Shown here: positions 20,561 to 30,201 of the stretch, in pieces | How the letters are laid out: every line of letters starts with the position of its first letter | How positions within the stretch are numbered: position 1 is the first letter of the stretch | From: Truepera sp. | Lineage (GTDB): Bacteria; Deinococcota; Deinococci; Deinococcales; Trueperaceae | DNA: 64,000 bases | Direction of reading: 5' to 3' | NCBI GenBank assembly: GCA_965218435.1 | Contig: CBDCKW010000009.1 | Coordinates: forward strand, 3,648,001-3,712,000 | Position numbers and translations under genes: made by a program | Notes under the pieces: model-generated | Seen by the model: the letters and a program-made list of their open reading frames with translations, nothing else | Told to the model about the DNA's origin: nothing | The model's database searches: none

Positions 20561-22393
20561 GTGCCGAGCGACGCCAAAGAACGTATCCGCGAACGCCTAG
20601 ACATCGCCGAGGTCGTCGGTGAAGTTGTGGCGCTTAAACCGGCGGGTAAGGGGCGACTCAAGGGCTTGTGCCCGTTTCACGGCGAGAAAACGCCGTCGTT
20701 TCACGTGTTGCAAGATCGGGGCTTTTTTTACTGCTTCGGGTGTCAGGCCAAGGGTGACATCTTCGACTTCGTGATGCGCACCCAAGGCGTCGAGTTCGGT
20801 GAAGCCTTGCAGGTGTTGGGGCAACAAGCAGGCGTCGAGGTCACACCGAGCACCCCCAAAGACCTGCACAAGCGCGATTTATACGAGGTTAACAAGCTCG
20901 CTTTGGAGTTTTTTAGATCGCACCTACCGGGGACGGCTGAGAACTATCTGTTGGGGCGTCATCTGACTCCCGAAAGCCTCGAGGCGTTTGATTTGGGTTT
21001 TGCCCCCGATAGCTGGGACGAACTCCTTAAATACGCGCTCACTAAAGGCGTCAAAGATACTGAGCTTTTACGGGCCGGTTTACTTGCCGAGTCCGAAGCG
21101 GGGCGGCGTTACGACCGTTTTAGGGGCCGGGTGATGTTTCCCATCAAAGACTCCTTAGGCCGCGTGGTCGGGTTTTCGGGCCGTGTGTTAGACGACAGCC
21201 TGCCCAAGTACGTCAACACGCCTGAAACCGACGTGTTCCGTAAGGGCGAACTGCTCTACGGCCTCGATACGGCCAAACACACGATTCGCTCAACCGGCGA
21301 ATGTTTGGTCGTTGAAGGTTACATGGACGTCATTGCGCTCCACCAGACGGGGTTTAGCAACGCGGTTGCGGCGCTAGGCGCAACCCTGACGGCAGAACAA
21401 GCCGTCCAGCTCTCACGGTTAGAAGTGCAAAAACTCTACCTCGCCTTTGACGCGGACGAAGCGGGGCAGCGGGCGGTCTTGTCGGGCCTCGAGCAGTCCG
21501 TGGGCCGTCAGTTCCTAGTTAAAGCGGTGCGCGTGCCGCACGGTAAAGACCCGGCAGACGCGGTGCTGGGTGGCTACATCGAGGCGTTTCAGCAGGCGTT
21601 GGGCGCAGGACTTTCCGAAGTGACGTTTCGCTTTCGCAGCGTCCTAGCCAAGCACGACGCGGGGAGTCTCGAGGGCAAAAAGAACATCTTGCAGGAGCTG
21701 TTACCCGCGCTCCGGCCCCGAGACGTCTTTGACCCGGTAGCCAGCGAGATGCGCCGTCTGGTCATTGATGAGCTGAAAATTGAAGGGCCGCGCCTCGACG
21801 AGTGGGTGAGTTCTAAAACCAAACGGGCGCTTAACACCACGCAGCTTCGGGGGATGCAGCGGCAAGGAACGGGCGGCTCACAGGTGGCGGTCATTGAACT
21901 CGAGCTGATAGCGCTGCTGCTTTTGGAACCGTATAGGCTCGAGGAACGTCTCTTGACCGTTTCGGCAGCCCTCCCCAGTGAGGGCAACGACTCACTCCTC
22001 CGCGAATTTACCGACATCTGCCACGCCTGCGCCTTTGACGACCGTGCGATTTTGAGCCGTTACCAGGGGCGCGACGAGGGCCGCGTATTGTTCGAGCGTT
22101 TACTCACGCAGCAGCAGACCGAAGAACACCACATTGACATTGACGCGCACCTAAATAAATCCCTCTCACGTCTCCGCGAGCTCTATTTGAGCGGTGAAAA
22201 AGAAGGGCAGCGCAAACGGCTGTTAGAGCGGATGCACGAGGTCTCGTCGTTTCTGACCGATCCGAACTTGCCGACGGATAAATTGCAGCACTACTACGCT
22301 GAGCTCAAAGAGATCAACGCGATGCTCGCCGCCCGCGACGCCGAACGCCGGACGCGCGTCCCGGCAGGCTACGCCAACCGCAAACGCCGCTAA
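20561..22393 (+). CDS. dnaG: DNA primase
   Basis: CPFHGEKTPSF..C..C zinc finger; KYVNTPET; VEGYMDVI; FDADEAG TOPRIM. Confidence 0.97.
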   Translation: MPSDAKERIRERLDIAEVVGEVVALKPAGKGRLKGLCPFHGEKTPSFHVLQDRGFFYCFGCQAKGDIFDFVMRTQGVEFGEALQVLGQQAGVEVTPSTPKDLHKRDLYEVNKLALEFFRSHLPGTAENYLLGRHLTPESLEAFDLGFAPDSWDELLKYALTKGVKDTELLRAGLLAESEAGRRYDRFRGRVMFPIKDSLGRVVGFSGRVLDDSLPKYVNTPETDVFRKGELLYGLDTAKHTIRSTGECLVVEGYMDVIALHQTGFSNAVAALGATLTAEQAVQLSRLEVQKLYLAFDADEAGQRAVLSGLEQSVGRQFLVKAVRVPHGKDPADAVLGGYIEAFQQALGAGLSEVTFRFRSVLAKHDAGSLEGKKNILQELLPALRPRDVFDPVASEMRRLVIDELKIEGPRLDEWVSSKTKRALNTTQLRGMQRQGTGGSQVAVIELELIALLLLEPYRLEERLLTVSAALPSEGNDSLLREFTDICHACAFDDRAILSRYQGRDEGRVLFERLLTQQQTEEHHIDIDAHLNKSLSRLRELYLSGEKEGQRKRLLERMHEVSSFLTDPNLPTDKLQHYYAELKEINAMLAARDAERRTRVPAGYANRKRR

Positions 22394-22425
22394 CCTCTGT
22401 CTGGTAAAACGTCTACACTGTCCGT

Positions 22426-23001
22426 ATGACTGCGCTCAAGCTTTTAGATACCGTCAGCGTTAAAGACTACCTCGAGGGCGAAAAAGACTCGCCGACCAAA
22501 CACGAATATGTCCATGGACGGGTCTTTGCACTGGCTGGAACAAGCGACGTTCATAACCGCATCAGCATCAACTTACTCGTTGCTTTGGACGCGGCGAGTA
22601 CAAAACAAGGCTGTCAACTTTTTGCTGCCGACCTTAAACTAAGTATTTTCGGTGAACGCTACTATTACCCCGATTTAATGGTGACCTGTGAGCCTGAAGC
22701 TGATCCCTATATCAAAGAAAAACCCTGCCTTATCATCGAGATATTATCCCGCTCCACCGCGAACACCGACCGCCGCGAAAAAGTAGACGCTTATCTGAGC
22801 TTGCCCTCGTTGCAGTCTTACGTTCTAATAGATTCTCAGATGAAACGAGTTGAGGCTTTCCTTCGGACACCTGAAGGCTGGCGAGAAGAGAGTTGGCAGG
22901 GAAGCGGTGAGGTGCCGTTCTCATGTTTGGACACGGCGCTCGGCTTTAACGCCGTCTACCGGGGTTTAGAGCTACCGGATTACCTCGAGCCTTTAGGTTA
23001 G
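22426..23001 (+). CDS. Uma2/DUF820 family endonuclease
   Basis: KHEYVHG, YYPDLMV, IEILSRSTANTDRREK. Confidence 0.9.
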   Translation: MTALKLLDTVSVKDYLEGEKDSPTKHEYVHGRVFALAGTSDVHNRISINLLVALDAASTKQGCQLFAADLKLSIFGERYYYPDLMVTCEPEADPYIKEKPCLIIEILSRSTANTDRREKVDAYLSLPSLQSYVLIDSQMKRVEAFLRTPEGWREESWQGSGEVPFSCLDTALGFNAVYRGLELPDYLEPLG

Positions 23002-23092
23002 ACTACCAAAAAGCAGCGTAAAACCTAGCAGGCGGCGTAAAAGTTACGTTAGCCTCTGAGCTATACGCACCTGCATATCTACGGAGGCTGAA

Positions 23093-24295
23093 ATGAAAAT
23101 TACGATCCTGACCAACGAGTACCCGCCGCACATCTACGGCGGGGCGGGCGTCCACGTTGAATACTTAACCAAAGAGCTGGTCAAGCTTAACCCCGGTGAG
23201 ATTGACGTGTTGGCGTTTGGTGATCAGGATATTCACAACGGGTCTTTGAGTGTTGAGGGCGTTGAAGCGAAGACGGAACTTGGAGCACAAGACCCGCGTC
23301 ACGCGAAAGTTTTAGATACCTTGCAACGCGACCTCATCATGGCGGGTAAAGCGAAGGGGGGCGATATCGTACATTGCCACACCTGGTACACGCATTTTGC
23401 GGGCTGCTTGGTGCAGCAGCTGCAAGGGGCCAAACTCGTGTTGACGACGCACTCGTTAGAACCGCATCGCCCCTGGAAAGTCGAACAGCTCGGCAGCGCG
23501 TATCAGGTGAGCAGTTGGCTCGAGCGCACCGCCTTCCAAAATGCCGATGGGGTAATTGCGGTTTCGGAGTCTATGAAACGCGACGTGCACGAACTTTACG
23601 ACGTCCCGGAAACGAAAATCTCGGTGATCCCCAACGGCATTGACTTGGACGAATACAAACCGACCTTTGACGCGTCGGTCCTCGAGAAGTACGGCGTTGA
23701 CGCGTCACGACCGTTTGTGCTTTTTGTCGGCCGGATTACCCGGCAAAAAGGGATTTTGCACCTCGTCAACGCGCTGAAATACCTGCCTAAAGATACGCAG
23801 GTGGTGCTCTGTGCAGGTGCGCCCGATACCCCTGAGATCGGTGAGGAGATGAAAGGCCGGGTGCAAGCGGCGCACGACGCCGGGGCCGAGCAGGTGATCT
23901 GGATTGATGAGACAGTCGGGCGTGAAGACCTGATCAAGCTCTACTCGCACGCGGCGCTCTTTGTCTGCCCGTCGGTCTATGAACCGTTTGGGATTATCAA
24001 CTTAGAGGCGATGGCGTGTGAGACGCCGGTGGTGGCTTCAGCGGTCGGGGGCATTCCTGAAATCGTCGTCCCCGGTGAAACGGGGACACTCGTCCCACTC
24101 GAGGCTGGCGACGACTTTGAACCCACAGACCCGGACAAATTTGCACACGACTTAGCTGACGCCATTACCGAACTTTTAGACAATCCGGCAGAGCTAAAAA
24201 GGATGGGCAAGGCGTCCAGAAAACGGGTTGAGGAGAAATTCAGTTGGGGGGCGGTAGCAGAGGAGACGCTGGCGTTTTATCGGTCGCTGCTTTAG
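23093..24295 (+). CDS. glgA: Glycogen synthase / maltose-1-phosphate synthase (GT4, GlgA/GlgM type)
   Basis: EYPPHIYGGAGVHV, HCHTWY, GRITRQKG, YEPFGIINLEAMAC. Confidence 0.9.
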   Translation: MKITILTNEYPPHIYGGAGVHVEYLTKELVKLNPGEIDVLAFGDQDIHNGSLSVEGVEAKTELGAQDPRHAKVLDTLQRDLIMAGKAKGGDIVHCHTWYTHFAGCLVQQLQGAKLVLTTHSLEPHRPWKVEQLGSAYQVSSWLERTAFQNADGVIAVSESMKRDVHELYDVPETKISVIPNGIDLDEYKPTFDASVLEKYGVDASRPFVLFVGRITRQKGILHLVNALKYLPKDTQVVLCAGAPDTPEIGEEMKGRVQAAHDAGAEQVIWIDETVGREDLIKLYSHAALFVCPSVYEPFGIINLEAMACETPVVASAVGGIPEIVVPGETGTLVPLEAGDDFEPTDPDKFAHDLADAITELLDNPAELKRMGKASRKRVEEKFSWGAVAEETLAFYRSLL

Positions 24296-25934
24296 CGGTT
24301 GCTCGAGCTTTGCCCCGGTAATAACGTCTGTCACGGAGCAGCTGGGCTGACTGTCGTAAAACGGTGCAGTCGGCTTGGCTCAGACCTAAGTGGTCTTGCA
24401 AAAGTGCCCGGTCAGCTAAAGTCTGAGCCTCGTCCATTTTTTCCTGCCGTAAAAGTGCGTCCAGCTTGGTTTCAAGCTCTCCAAACTCACCCTCCGGCGT
24501 CGCCATCAGTACCCGCCGCGCTTCGCCGGGCTCGAGCTTGAGCATTCCGCCGCCCAAGGCGTGACCCTCTAACTCAACACTCAAACTTGTCAGTGAAGTC
24601 TGCCAAAACGCTGCTAGAGTCCTCGCCGAAAAGCTCATATCAGGCCGAAAACGGACGACGTGCAGGGTATTGGGTGCAACCGCCTCGGCGTCGTTGGCGA
24701 CAAGCTGCGGTCTCAGGCCACTCATATAGGTGAGCAAAGCGTCCGGTGTATAGACGTGTGGCACGCGGTACCAAGGGGTACGGACGCGGCATTTATACGC
24801 TCCTAAGACGCCTGCGTCTTCGCCTCGTTCCAGATAGCTTTTGAGTTCTGCGCTGAGTTCAGCATCTGTGATATTGAGGAGATAACCTGCGTTTTTGATG
24901 CTTACAGCACCGTTCCAATCAGCTTCGGTAAAGCTCAGGCCCGACAGCGCCGCACTACGAAAGACTGCGCGTTTGAGGTATCTGTCAGCTAATCCTAACT
25001 CGGCAGTTTGCTCCGGCCTCAGGTGAAAAAAACTGTTGGCTCCGGTGACGTAGCCAATCCCAACGTCGGCTAAAGTGCCAAGGCTCGAGACCTGCGGACG
25101 CGCTGACAACTGAGCATATAGTGCTTTAGCTTCAGGCGGCAAAAGCTGTGTGATGAGTTTTTCCTGTCCTTGTCTAAACGGTTCAAGAGGCAACTTAGTG
25201 ACATCTTTAAGAACAACGTCTACAGACTGAGCCAGTGCTTCGCCCTTATCCAAATCGCGCCAGAAAAGGCCCTCAGAGGCTCTGTTTTTGTTTTCAGCCA
25301 ACACCAGCAGCGTATCTTGGCTGAGGTCGGGAAAAAGCCGCTCCTTAAACGTCAGCAAGGTAACGCGCCCAAACGTTTGGGCGAGATAATTCAGAACGGG
25401 TTGCGCGTAAGCGGCGTGTCCCAGCTCTGCTGGAACGACCATACCGAGCCGCCCACCCGGTTTAAGAAACGCTGCACTATGGATGAGGAACGCCGCCCAC
25501 GAACTCGAGAGCTTGGTCAGCGTCACACCCTGCGCTTTAGCTCTCAAAGAGGCAAGTTCACCGCTAAAACTCTGGTAACGGATAAAAGGCGGATTGCCGA
25601 CGACGGCGTCTAATTTAGGCAGGGAAGTAGACTCTAACGCGAAAAAGTCCGCTTGTATCAGATGCTCCGGTGAGACGTTGGTTAGCTCTTGAGAGACTCG
25701 AGCATAAACCTCTTCGTCTAGCTCGACCCCGTAGACCTGCTGTTCACTCGTCCCACTCAGCTTGTCAATACGCGCCGCTGCCGCCTCTAAAAAGACGCCA
25801 CCGCCAAAACTCGGGTCCATCACCTTGTCGTTTGGACTGCGCACCGCCCACCGCACCAAAAACTCGGCGACAACCGTGCCCGTATAAAACGCGCCGAACG
25901 CTTTAGCTCGCCCTAAATCCATTTGCGGCCTCAC
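24240..25934 (-). CDS. N6-adenine DNA methyltransferase, gamma class, apparently orphan
   Basis: Motif X AFYT, motif I DPSFGGGVF, motif IV GNPPF, then C-terminal TRD (GYVTGANSFF, YKCRVRTPWY, GGGMLKLEPGEA). GTG start overlaps the upstream TGA. Confidence 0.9.
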   Translation of the reverse strand: MRPQMDLGRAKAFGAFYTGTVVAEFLVRWAVRSPNDKVMDPSFGGGVFLEAAAARIDKLSGTSEQQVYGVELDEEVYARVSQELTNVSPEHLIQADFFALESTSLPKLDAVVGNPPFIRYQSFSGELASLRAKAQGVTLTKLSSSWAAFLIHSAAFLKPGGRLGMVVPAELGHAAYAQPVLNYLAQTFGRVTLLTFKERLFPDLSQDTLLVLAENKNRASEGLFWRDLDKGEALAQSVDVVLKDVTKLPLEPFRQGQEKLITQLLPPEAKALYAQLSARPQVSSLGTLADVGIGYVTGANSFFHLRPEQTAELGLADRYLKRAVFRSAALSGLSFTEADWNGAVSIKNAGYLLNITDAELSAELKSYLERGEDAGVLGAYKCRVRTPWYRVPHVYTPDALLTYMSGLRPQLVANDAEAVAPNTLHVVRFRPDMSFSARTLAAFWQTSLTSLSVELEGHALGGGMLKLEPGEARRVLMATPEGEFGELETKLDALLRQEKMDEAQTLADRALLQDHLGLSQADCTVLRQSAQLLRDRRYYRGKARATAKAATDKTPASPLLPPPN

Positions 25935-26590
25935 ACGCCCAAAATAACCCGCATCAGCCCAATCGTAACCCAGTTGATGAGGCCGTACACCTGCCGCTGA
26001 AAGAGGAGCAAAACCCCAAGGATCAGCAAAAATCCGTAACGCTCGAGGCCCCGCATCAGACGCTGCAACCTGCTGGGTAAAAACGCCTGTAAGATTTTGG
26101 ACCCGTCTAAAGGCGGAACCGGTAACAGGTTAAAAACGGCCAGCAAGATGTTGATCTGCGCGGCGACAAAAAGCCCGTAACGCAGCGAGTTGCCGCCACC
26201 GGGCGCACCCGGAAAGATGTCCCGGAGGTTGCTTAAGGTCGTGCCGAGCGCGGCCAACACGACCAGCGCAACGACGGCGATACTCAGATTGACCAAAATC
26301 CCGGCGATGGCCACCCAAAACATCCCGACGCGGTAGTGGCGAAAGTTGCCGGGTCGAATCGGCACGGGTTTGGCCCAACCGAAGCCGACGGTTAGGAGCA
26401 GCAAGGTTCCGATAGGGTCTAAGTGCTTGACGGGGTTAAGCGTGACGCGGCCCAAGTTGCGGGCGGTCTTGTCGCCCATGCGGTCGGCAACCCAAGCGTG
26501 CCCGAGTTCGTGGAGTGCCAGACTGTAGAGCAAGACCACTGCGACAATCGCAAAGGTGAGGGGCGCAGTTTGTAGAAGTTGTAAAAGCAC
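25931..26590 (-). CDS. Site-2 protease family (M50) zinc metalloprotease
   Basis: HELGH, GWAKPVP, NLLPVPPLDG. Confidence 0.92.
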   Translation of the reverse strand: MLLQLLQTAPLTFAIVAVVLLYSLALHELGHAWVADRMGDKTARNLGRVTLNPVKHLDPIGTLLLLTVGFGWAKPVPIRPGNFRHYRVGMFWVAIAGILVNLSIAVVALVVLAALGTTLSNLRDIFPGAPGGGNSLRYGLFVAAQINILLAVFNLLPVPPLDGSKILQAFLPSRLQRLMRGLERYGFLLILGVLLLFQRQVYGLINWVTIGLMRVILGV

Positions 26591-27232
26591 CTAAAGGCCG
26601 GGGATCAGCTGAATAATCGCGCGGATAATCCCTAAAAAAAGGCTTTGCAACGCGCCGGTTACGCCCAAATAGCTCAGGGCAAAAAAGAATACGATAAAAC
26701 CCAACACGCCAAACGAGGCGATCTGCTGGACAAAACGGCGGAGACTCGGATTTCCCCAGGCGAGCGCACCCTTGGCTCCGTCGAGCGGAAACACCGGGAA
26801 GAGGTTGATGACTGCGTGCAACACGGCGACCGACGCGGCCAAAAAAAACGACCTCGCCAAAATCGGGCTGTTGACCGAAGCGAAAATTGCGCCTACCAAC
26901 GTAGAGACGAAGGCGACGATCAGATACGCGAGGGGGCCGCTGTACCACACCAGCGCCTCTTGCTGCCCGCGACCACGGTAGTTGCGGCTGTTGACCGGAA
27001 TAGACTGCGGCCAACCGAACCCGAGCAAAAAGAGAAACAAGACGCCGGTGGGCTCGAGCTGCCGCTGCAAATCAAACTTCATATAGCCGGCAAACCTCGG
27101 GTTGGCGTCGCCGTAACGCGAGGCGACGTACGCCTGGAAGACATTGTGAAAGACGAGCGCGACGATCATCACCAGCCCCACGATAATCAGGTCGGTCGTA
27201 TTATAAAAACCTTGAATATAACTAACAATCAT
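26591..27232 (-). CDS. M50-like membrane protein lacking HExxH
   Basis: HNVFQ in place of HExxH; retains FGWP.SIPV and NLFPVFPLDG. Confidence 0.8.
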   Translation of the reverse strand: MIVSYIQGFYNTTDLIIVGLVMIVALVFHNVFQAYVASRYGDANPRFAGYMKFDLQRQLEPTGVLFLFLLGFGWPQSIPVNSRNYRGRGQQEALVWYSGPLAYLIVAFVSTLVGAIFASVNSPILARSFFLAASVAVLHAVINLFPVFPLDGAKGALAWGNPSLRRFVQQIASFGVLGFIVFFFALSYLGVTGALQSLFLGIIRAIIQLIPGL

Positions 27233-27244
27233 GCTTGCTCCCGC

Positions 27245-28408
27245 TTAAGAAATATCGTCAACGAGGCGTTTAGCCAGCGCCAATTCGTCAGCAAAAGACG
27301 CGACCCGCGCGTCTAGGCGAGCTTGTGCTAATAAAGACAAAACTCTGCCGACCTCAGGCCCCGCCGATAGCCCTAAGCTTAGCACGTCGCTGCCGCTTAC
27401 CTGCGGGTAGTCCGTCCCGGCGCTACTCGGCCCGGCCGCTTGCGCAACTGTTTTCTCAGCCGGGGTAACGGCCGCTCCGCCTGCCTTTAACCCGCCTGCC
27501 CCTAACCTTCTTCTTGCTGCCAGCAGCTTTTTAGGGAGGCTAAAGGTTGAGACAAACGCTTCAGCTTCGCCTTCTGGAATCCCGAGTAAAAGGGCTAGCA
27601 GGTAACTCTCGAGCGGCACTGGTACCTTTAGCTCAGCTTTAAGCGCGTCGAGGCGTCCCACAAGCGGTGTATCTTTGAGGCCGTAAAGCTCAGAGAGCGC
27701 ACCTGACGCGCTGAGATAGGTAAGTGCGGGCGCAACCTGCGTTTCGGCAAGCGTGATGAGCAGCTCGTTTTTGAGGCGGCTGGGGCTGACCTGCCGGTAG
27801 ACCTCGGCGGCTAAAGCTTCTTTAAGCGCGGTCTCAGCCTCGTCATCGTAACGAAACCCCAACCTTCCAGCGAGCCGTGCCCCCCGAACGATACGGGTCG
27901 GGTCGTCAAAAAACGAACGTTCGTGGAGGATGCGTAAAGCGCGGCGCTCCAAGTCGTTGACTGCTCCGGGAACGCTCAGCAGCGTGGTCGGTTCAGCGAG
28001 GTCTAAGGCAAACGTATTAACTGAAAAGTCGCGGCGGGTGAGGTCAGCTTGGATCGCTCCGGGCGTGACTTTGGGAAGTGCGCCGGGGCGCGTGTAAACC
28101 TCGGTTCGGGCTGTTGCCAGGTCGAGCGTCAGCGTGGGCAGCGTTAAGGTGCAGGTCAAAAACGTCTCGTGACAGGTTAAGGTTCCGCCGAGTCGCTTGT
28201 GCAGGGCTACGCCCAAGGTTTTCGCAGGTGTTTCGCTGACCCAATCGAGGTCGCGGCTGGCGTGCCCGAGTAACAGGTCTCTAACGACGCCGCCGACGAG
28301 GTAGATGCGTGCGCCGAACTGCGCCGCGATCTCTGAAACTGCCTCGACAACCTCTTGAAGCTCGAGTTCCATCAGCAGCGGGGCTACAGGCTGAGCGTCA
28401 ATATCCAC
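27245..28408 (-). CDS. cca: tRNA nucleotidyltransferase (class II; CCA- or A-adding)
   Basis: VGGVVRD, DLD, DLATARTE, RRDFSVN, DDPTRIVR. Confidence 0.88.
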   Translation of the reverse strand: MDIDAQPVAPLLMELELQEVVEAVSEIAAQFGARIYLVGGVVRDLLLGHASRDLDWVSETPAKTLGVALHKRLGGTLTCHETFLTCTLTLPTLTLDLATARTEVYTRPGALPKVTPGAIQADLTRRDFSVNTFALDLAEPTTLLSVPGAVNDLERRALRILHERSFFDDPTRIVRGARLAGRLGFRYDDEAETALKEALAAEVYRQVSPSRLKNELLITLAETQVAPALTYLSASGALSELYGLKDTPLVGRLDALKAELKVPVPLESYLLALLLGIPEGEAEAFVSTFSLPKKLLAARRRLGAGGLKAGGAAVTPAEKTVAQAAGPSSAGTDYPQVSGSDVLSLGLSAGPEVGRVLSLLAQARLDARVASFADELALAKRLVDDIS

Positions 28409-28438
28409 AGGCTCAACTATACCGGGCAGCTTTTTAGC

Positions 28439-28497
28439 AACCTGTAAACGTAAAAACCTGTGAGCGTAAAAATTTGCGGGCGTAAAATCTGTAGAGC
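28439..28497. repeat. Degenerate 16-bp period tandem repeat (about 3.5 copies, CGTAAAA core)
   Basis: aacctgtaaacgtaaa / aacctgtgagcgtaaa / aatttgcgggcgtaaa / atctgtagagc. Confidence 0.65.
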
Positions 28498-28579
28498 CTG
28501 GGGTGCCCTGAGGGGGGCTGGTTAGGTATGCTGGAGTTTGTGACGAGCTTTACGCCCATCGGTGAGGTACCCAGCGGCT

Positions 28580-28620
28580 GGACACCTGTTGTCCGGACAC
28601 CTGTTAGTGGGACACCTATT
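28580..28620. repeat. 15-bp period repeat GGACACCTRTT x3 upstream of corA
   Basis: Copies at 28580, 28595, 28610. Confidence 0.8.
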
Positions 28621-28631
28621 GGCAGGAAACC

Positions 28632-29564
28632 ATGATCGAATATTACCGGAGCGTGCGCGGCGCGTTAGAGCGCCTCGAGGGGTATCAACCGGGGTGCTGG
28701 GTCAACGTTGCCTCGCCGACGCAAGCCGAACTGACCTTTTTGTCGCAGCAGCACAGCGTCCCGCTCGACTACCTGCTCTACTCGCTCGACTTAGATGAGC
28801 GCCCCCGTTTTGAACGCGACGGCGAATACATTTTAATCGTGATGCAGACCTCGTTTCCTTTTGGTGACGAGGCGGATGTGCCGTTTGACACGTTGCCGCT
28901 GGGCATTATTCACACCCCGAGCGCCCTAGTAACGGTCAGTACCACGGTCAACCCGGTCCTCGAGGAGTTTAAGGCCAACCGCATCCGGGGCGTAAGCACC
29001 GTTAAACGCAACCGCTTTACGATGCAGATTTTTTTGCGCGTTGCGCAGCGTTATCTGCTCGACCTTAAACAGATCAACCGGCAAGTTGACGCGATTGAAA
29101 CCAAGCTCGAGACCAGCACCCGCAACCGTGAACTCTTAGGGCTTTTACGTTTTGAGAAAAGTTTGGTGTACTTTAAGACCGCCCTTAAAGCCAACGAGCT
29201 GATGATGGAACGTATCCGCCGTGACCGTGTGTTTGAGATGTACCCCGACGACCACGACCTGTTTGAAGACGTACTGATTGAAAACCTGCAGGCGATTGAA
29301 ATGACCGACATCGCCACGAACATTTTGGTTTCAATGATGGGCGCGTTTGCCTCGGTAATTTCAAATAACGTCAACGCGGTGGTCAAAGTCTTAACGGTGG
29401 CAACGATTATGCTTGCGATTCCAACCCTAATCACCGGCTTTTTCGGGATGAACGTGCCGCTGCCGCTCAGGGAAAATCCGTGGGCGTCCTTACTGATCAT
29501 CAGCCTTTGCGGGCTCTCGGCGGTAGGACTGCTGCTCTGGTTCCGTGCCAAACGGTGGCTCTAA
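28632..29564 (+). CDS. corA: CorA family magnesium transporter
   Basis: GMN signature (GFFGMNVPLP) with two C-terminal TM helices. Confidence 0.92.
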   Translation: MIEYYRSVRGALERLEGYQPGCWVNVASPTQAELTFLSQQHSVPLDYLLYSLDLDERPRFERDGEYILIVMQTSFPFGDEADVPFDTLPLGIIHTPSALVTVSTTVNPVLEEFKANRIRGVSTVKRNRFTMQIFLRVAQRYLLDLKQINRQVDAIETKLETSTRNRELLGLLRFEKSLVYFKTALKANELMMERIRRDRVFEMYPDDHDLFEDVLIENLQAIEMTDIATNILVSMMGAFASVISNNVNAVVKVLTVATIMLAIPTLITGFFGMNVPLPLRENPWASLLIISLCGLSAVGLLLWFRAKRWL

Positions 29565-29595
29565 ACTGTAATATTTTCTACGGGGCTTTAGGCGC

Positions 29596-30201
29596 GTGAA
29601 CGCGTTTTGGCAGGGGTCGGGACTAGGCGCAGGGCTCATTATCGCCATCGGCGCACAAAATGCGTTCGTTTTACGGCAAGGGCTTAAAAAGCGGCACGTG
29701 TTTCTCGTGGCACTCGTCTGTACGCTTTGCGACGCGGCGCTCATTACGTTGGGTGTGGCAGGGTTTGGCAGTGTGGTCTCGAGCCGTCCCCTGCTCACCC
29801 AAGCTGCCGCGTGGGGCGGCGCAGTATTTTTATTTGTTTACGGCCTGCGGGCGTTTTGGGAGGTGTTTAAGGTGCAGGGGCTCGAGGCTCAGAATGGCGC
29901 AGCCCTCTCCAGACGAGACGCCGTGCTGACGACGCTCGGGGTCAGCCTCCTCAATCCGCACGTCTATCTCGATACGGTGGTTTTGCTGGGCGGCATCGGG
30001 GGACAGTTTGTCGGGCAGAGCCGCGTCTTTTACGGCGTGGGCGCAGTGACGGCCTCGAGTGTGTGGTTTTTCAGCCTCGCCTACGGTGCAACGCGCCTGG
30101 GGCCGCTTTTTCGCCGCCCGCTGGCTTGGCGTATCCTCGATGCAGCGATTGGCGTCATTATGTGGCGCATCGCTTTTTCACTCGTCCGTGAGGTGGTGTA
30201 G
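29596..30201 (+). CDS. LysE/ArgO family amino acid exporter
   Basis: IGAQNAFVLRQG, LNPHVYLDT. Confidence 0.92.
   Translation: MNAFWQGSGLGAGLIIAIGAQNAFVLRQGLKKRHVFLVALVCTLCDAALITLGVAGFGSVVSSRPLLTQAAAWGGAVFLFVYGLRAFWEVFKVQGLEAQNGAALSRRDAVLTTLGVSLLNPHVYLDTVVLLGGIGGQFVGQSRVFYGVGAVTASSVWFFSLAYGATRLGPLFRRPLAWRILDAAIGVIMWRIAFSLVREVV

Noticed and set aside
22426..25934. Uma2 nuclease plus MTase as a restriction-modification pair
   Set aside because: Opposite strands and separated by glgA; Uma2/DUF820 genes are common stand-alone paralogs.
26436..27316. 192-aa and 223-aa overlapping ORFs, and many similar shadow ORFs elsewhere
   Set aside because: Alternative-frame or antisense shadows of well-supported genes in GC-rich DNA, with no motifs.
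10957..28620. Short repeat arrays as CRISPR
   Set aside because: Periods of 15-18 bp with no unique spacers, and no cas genes.
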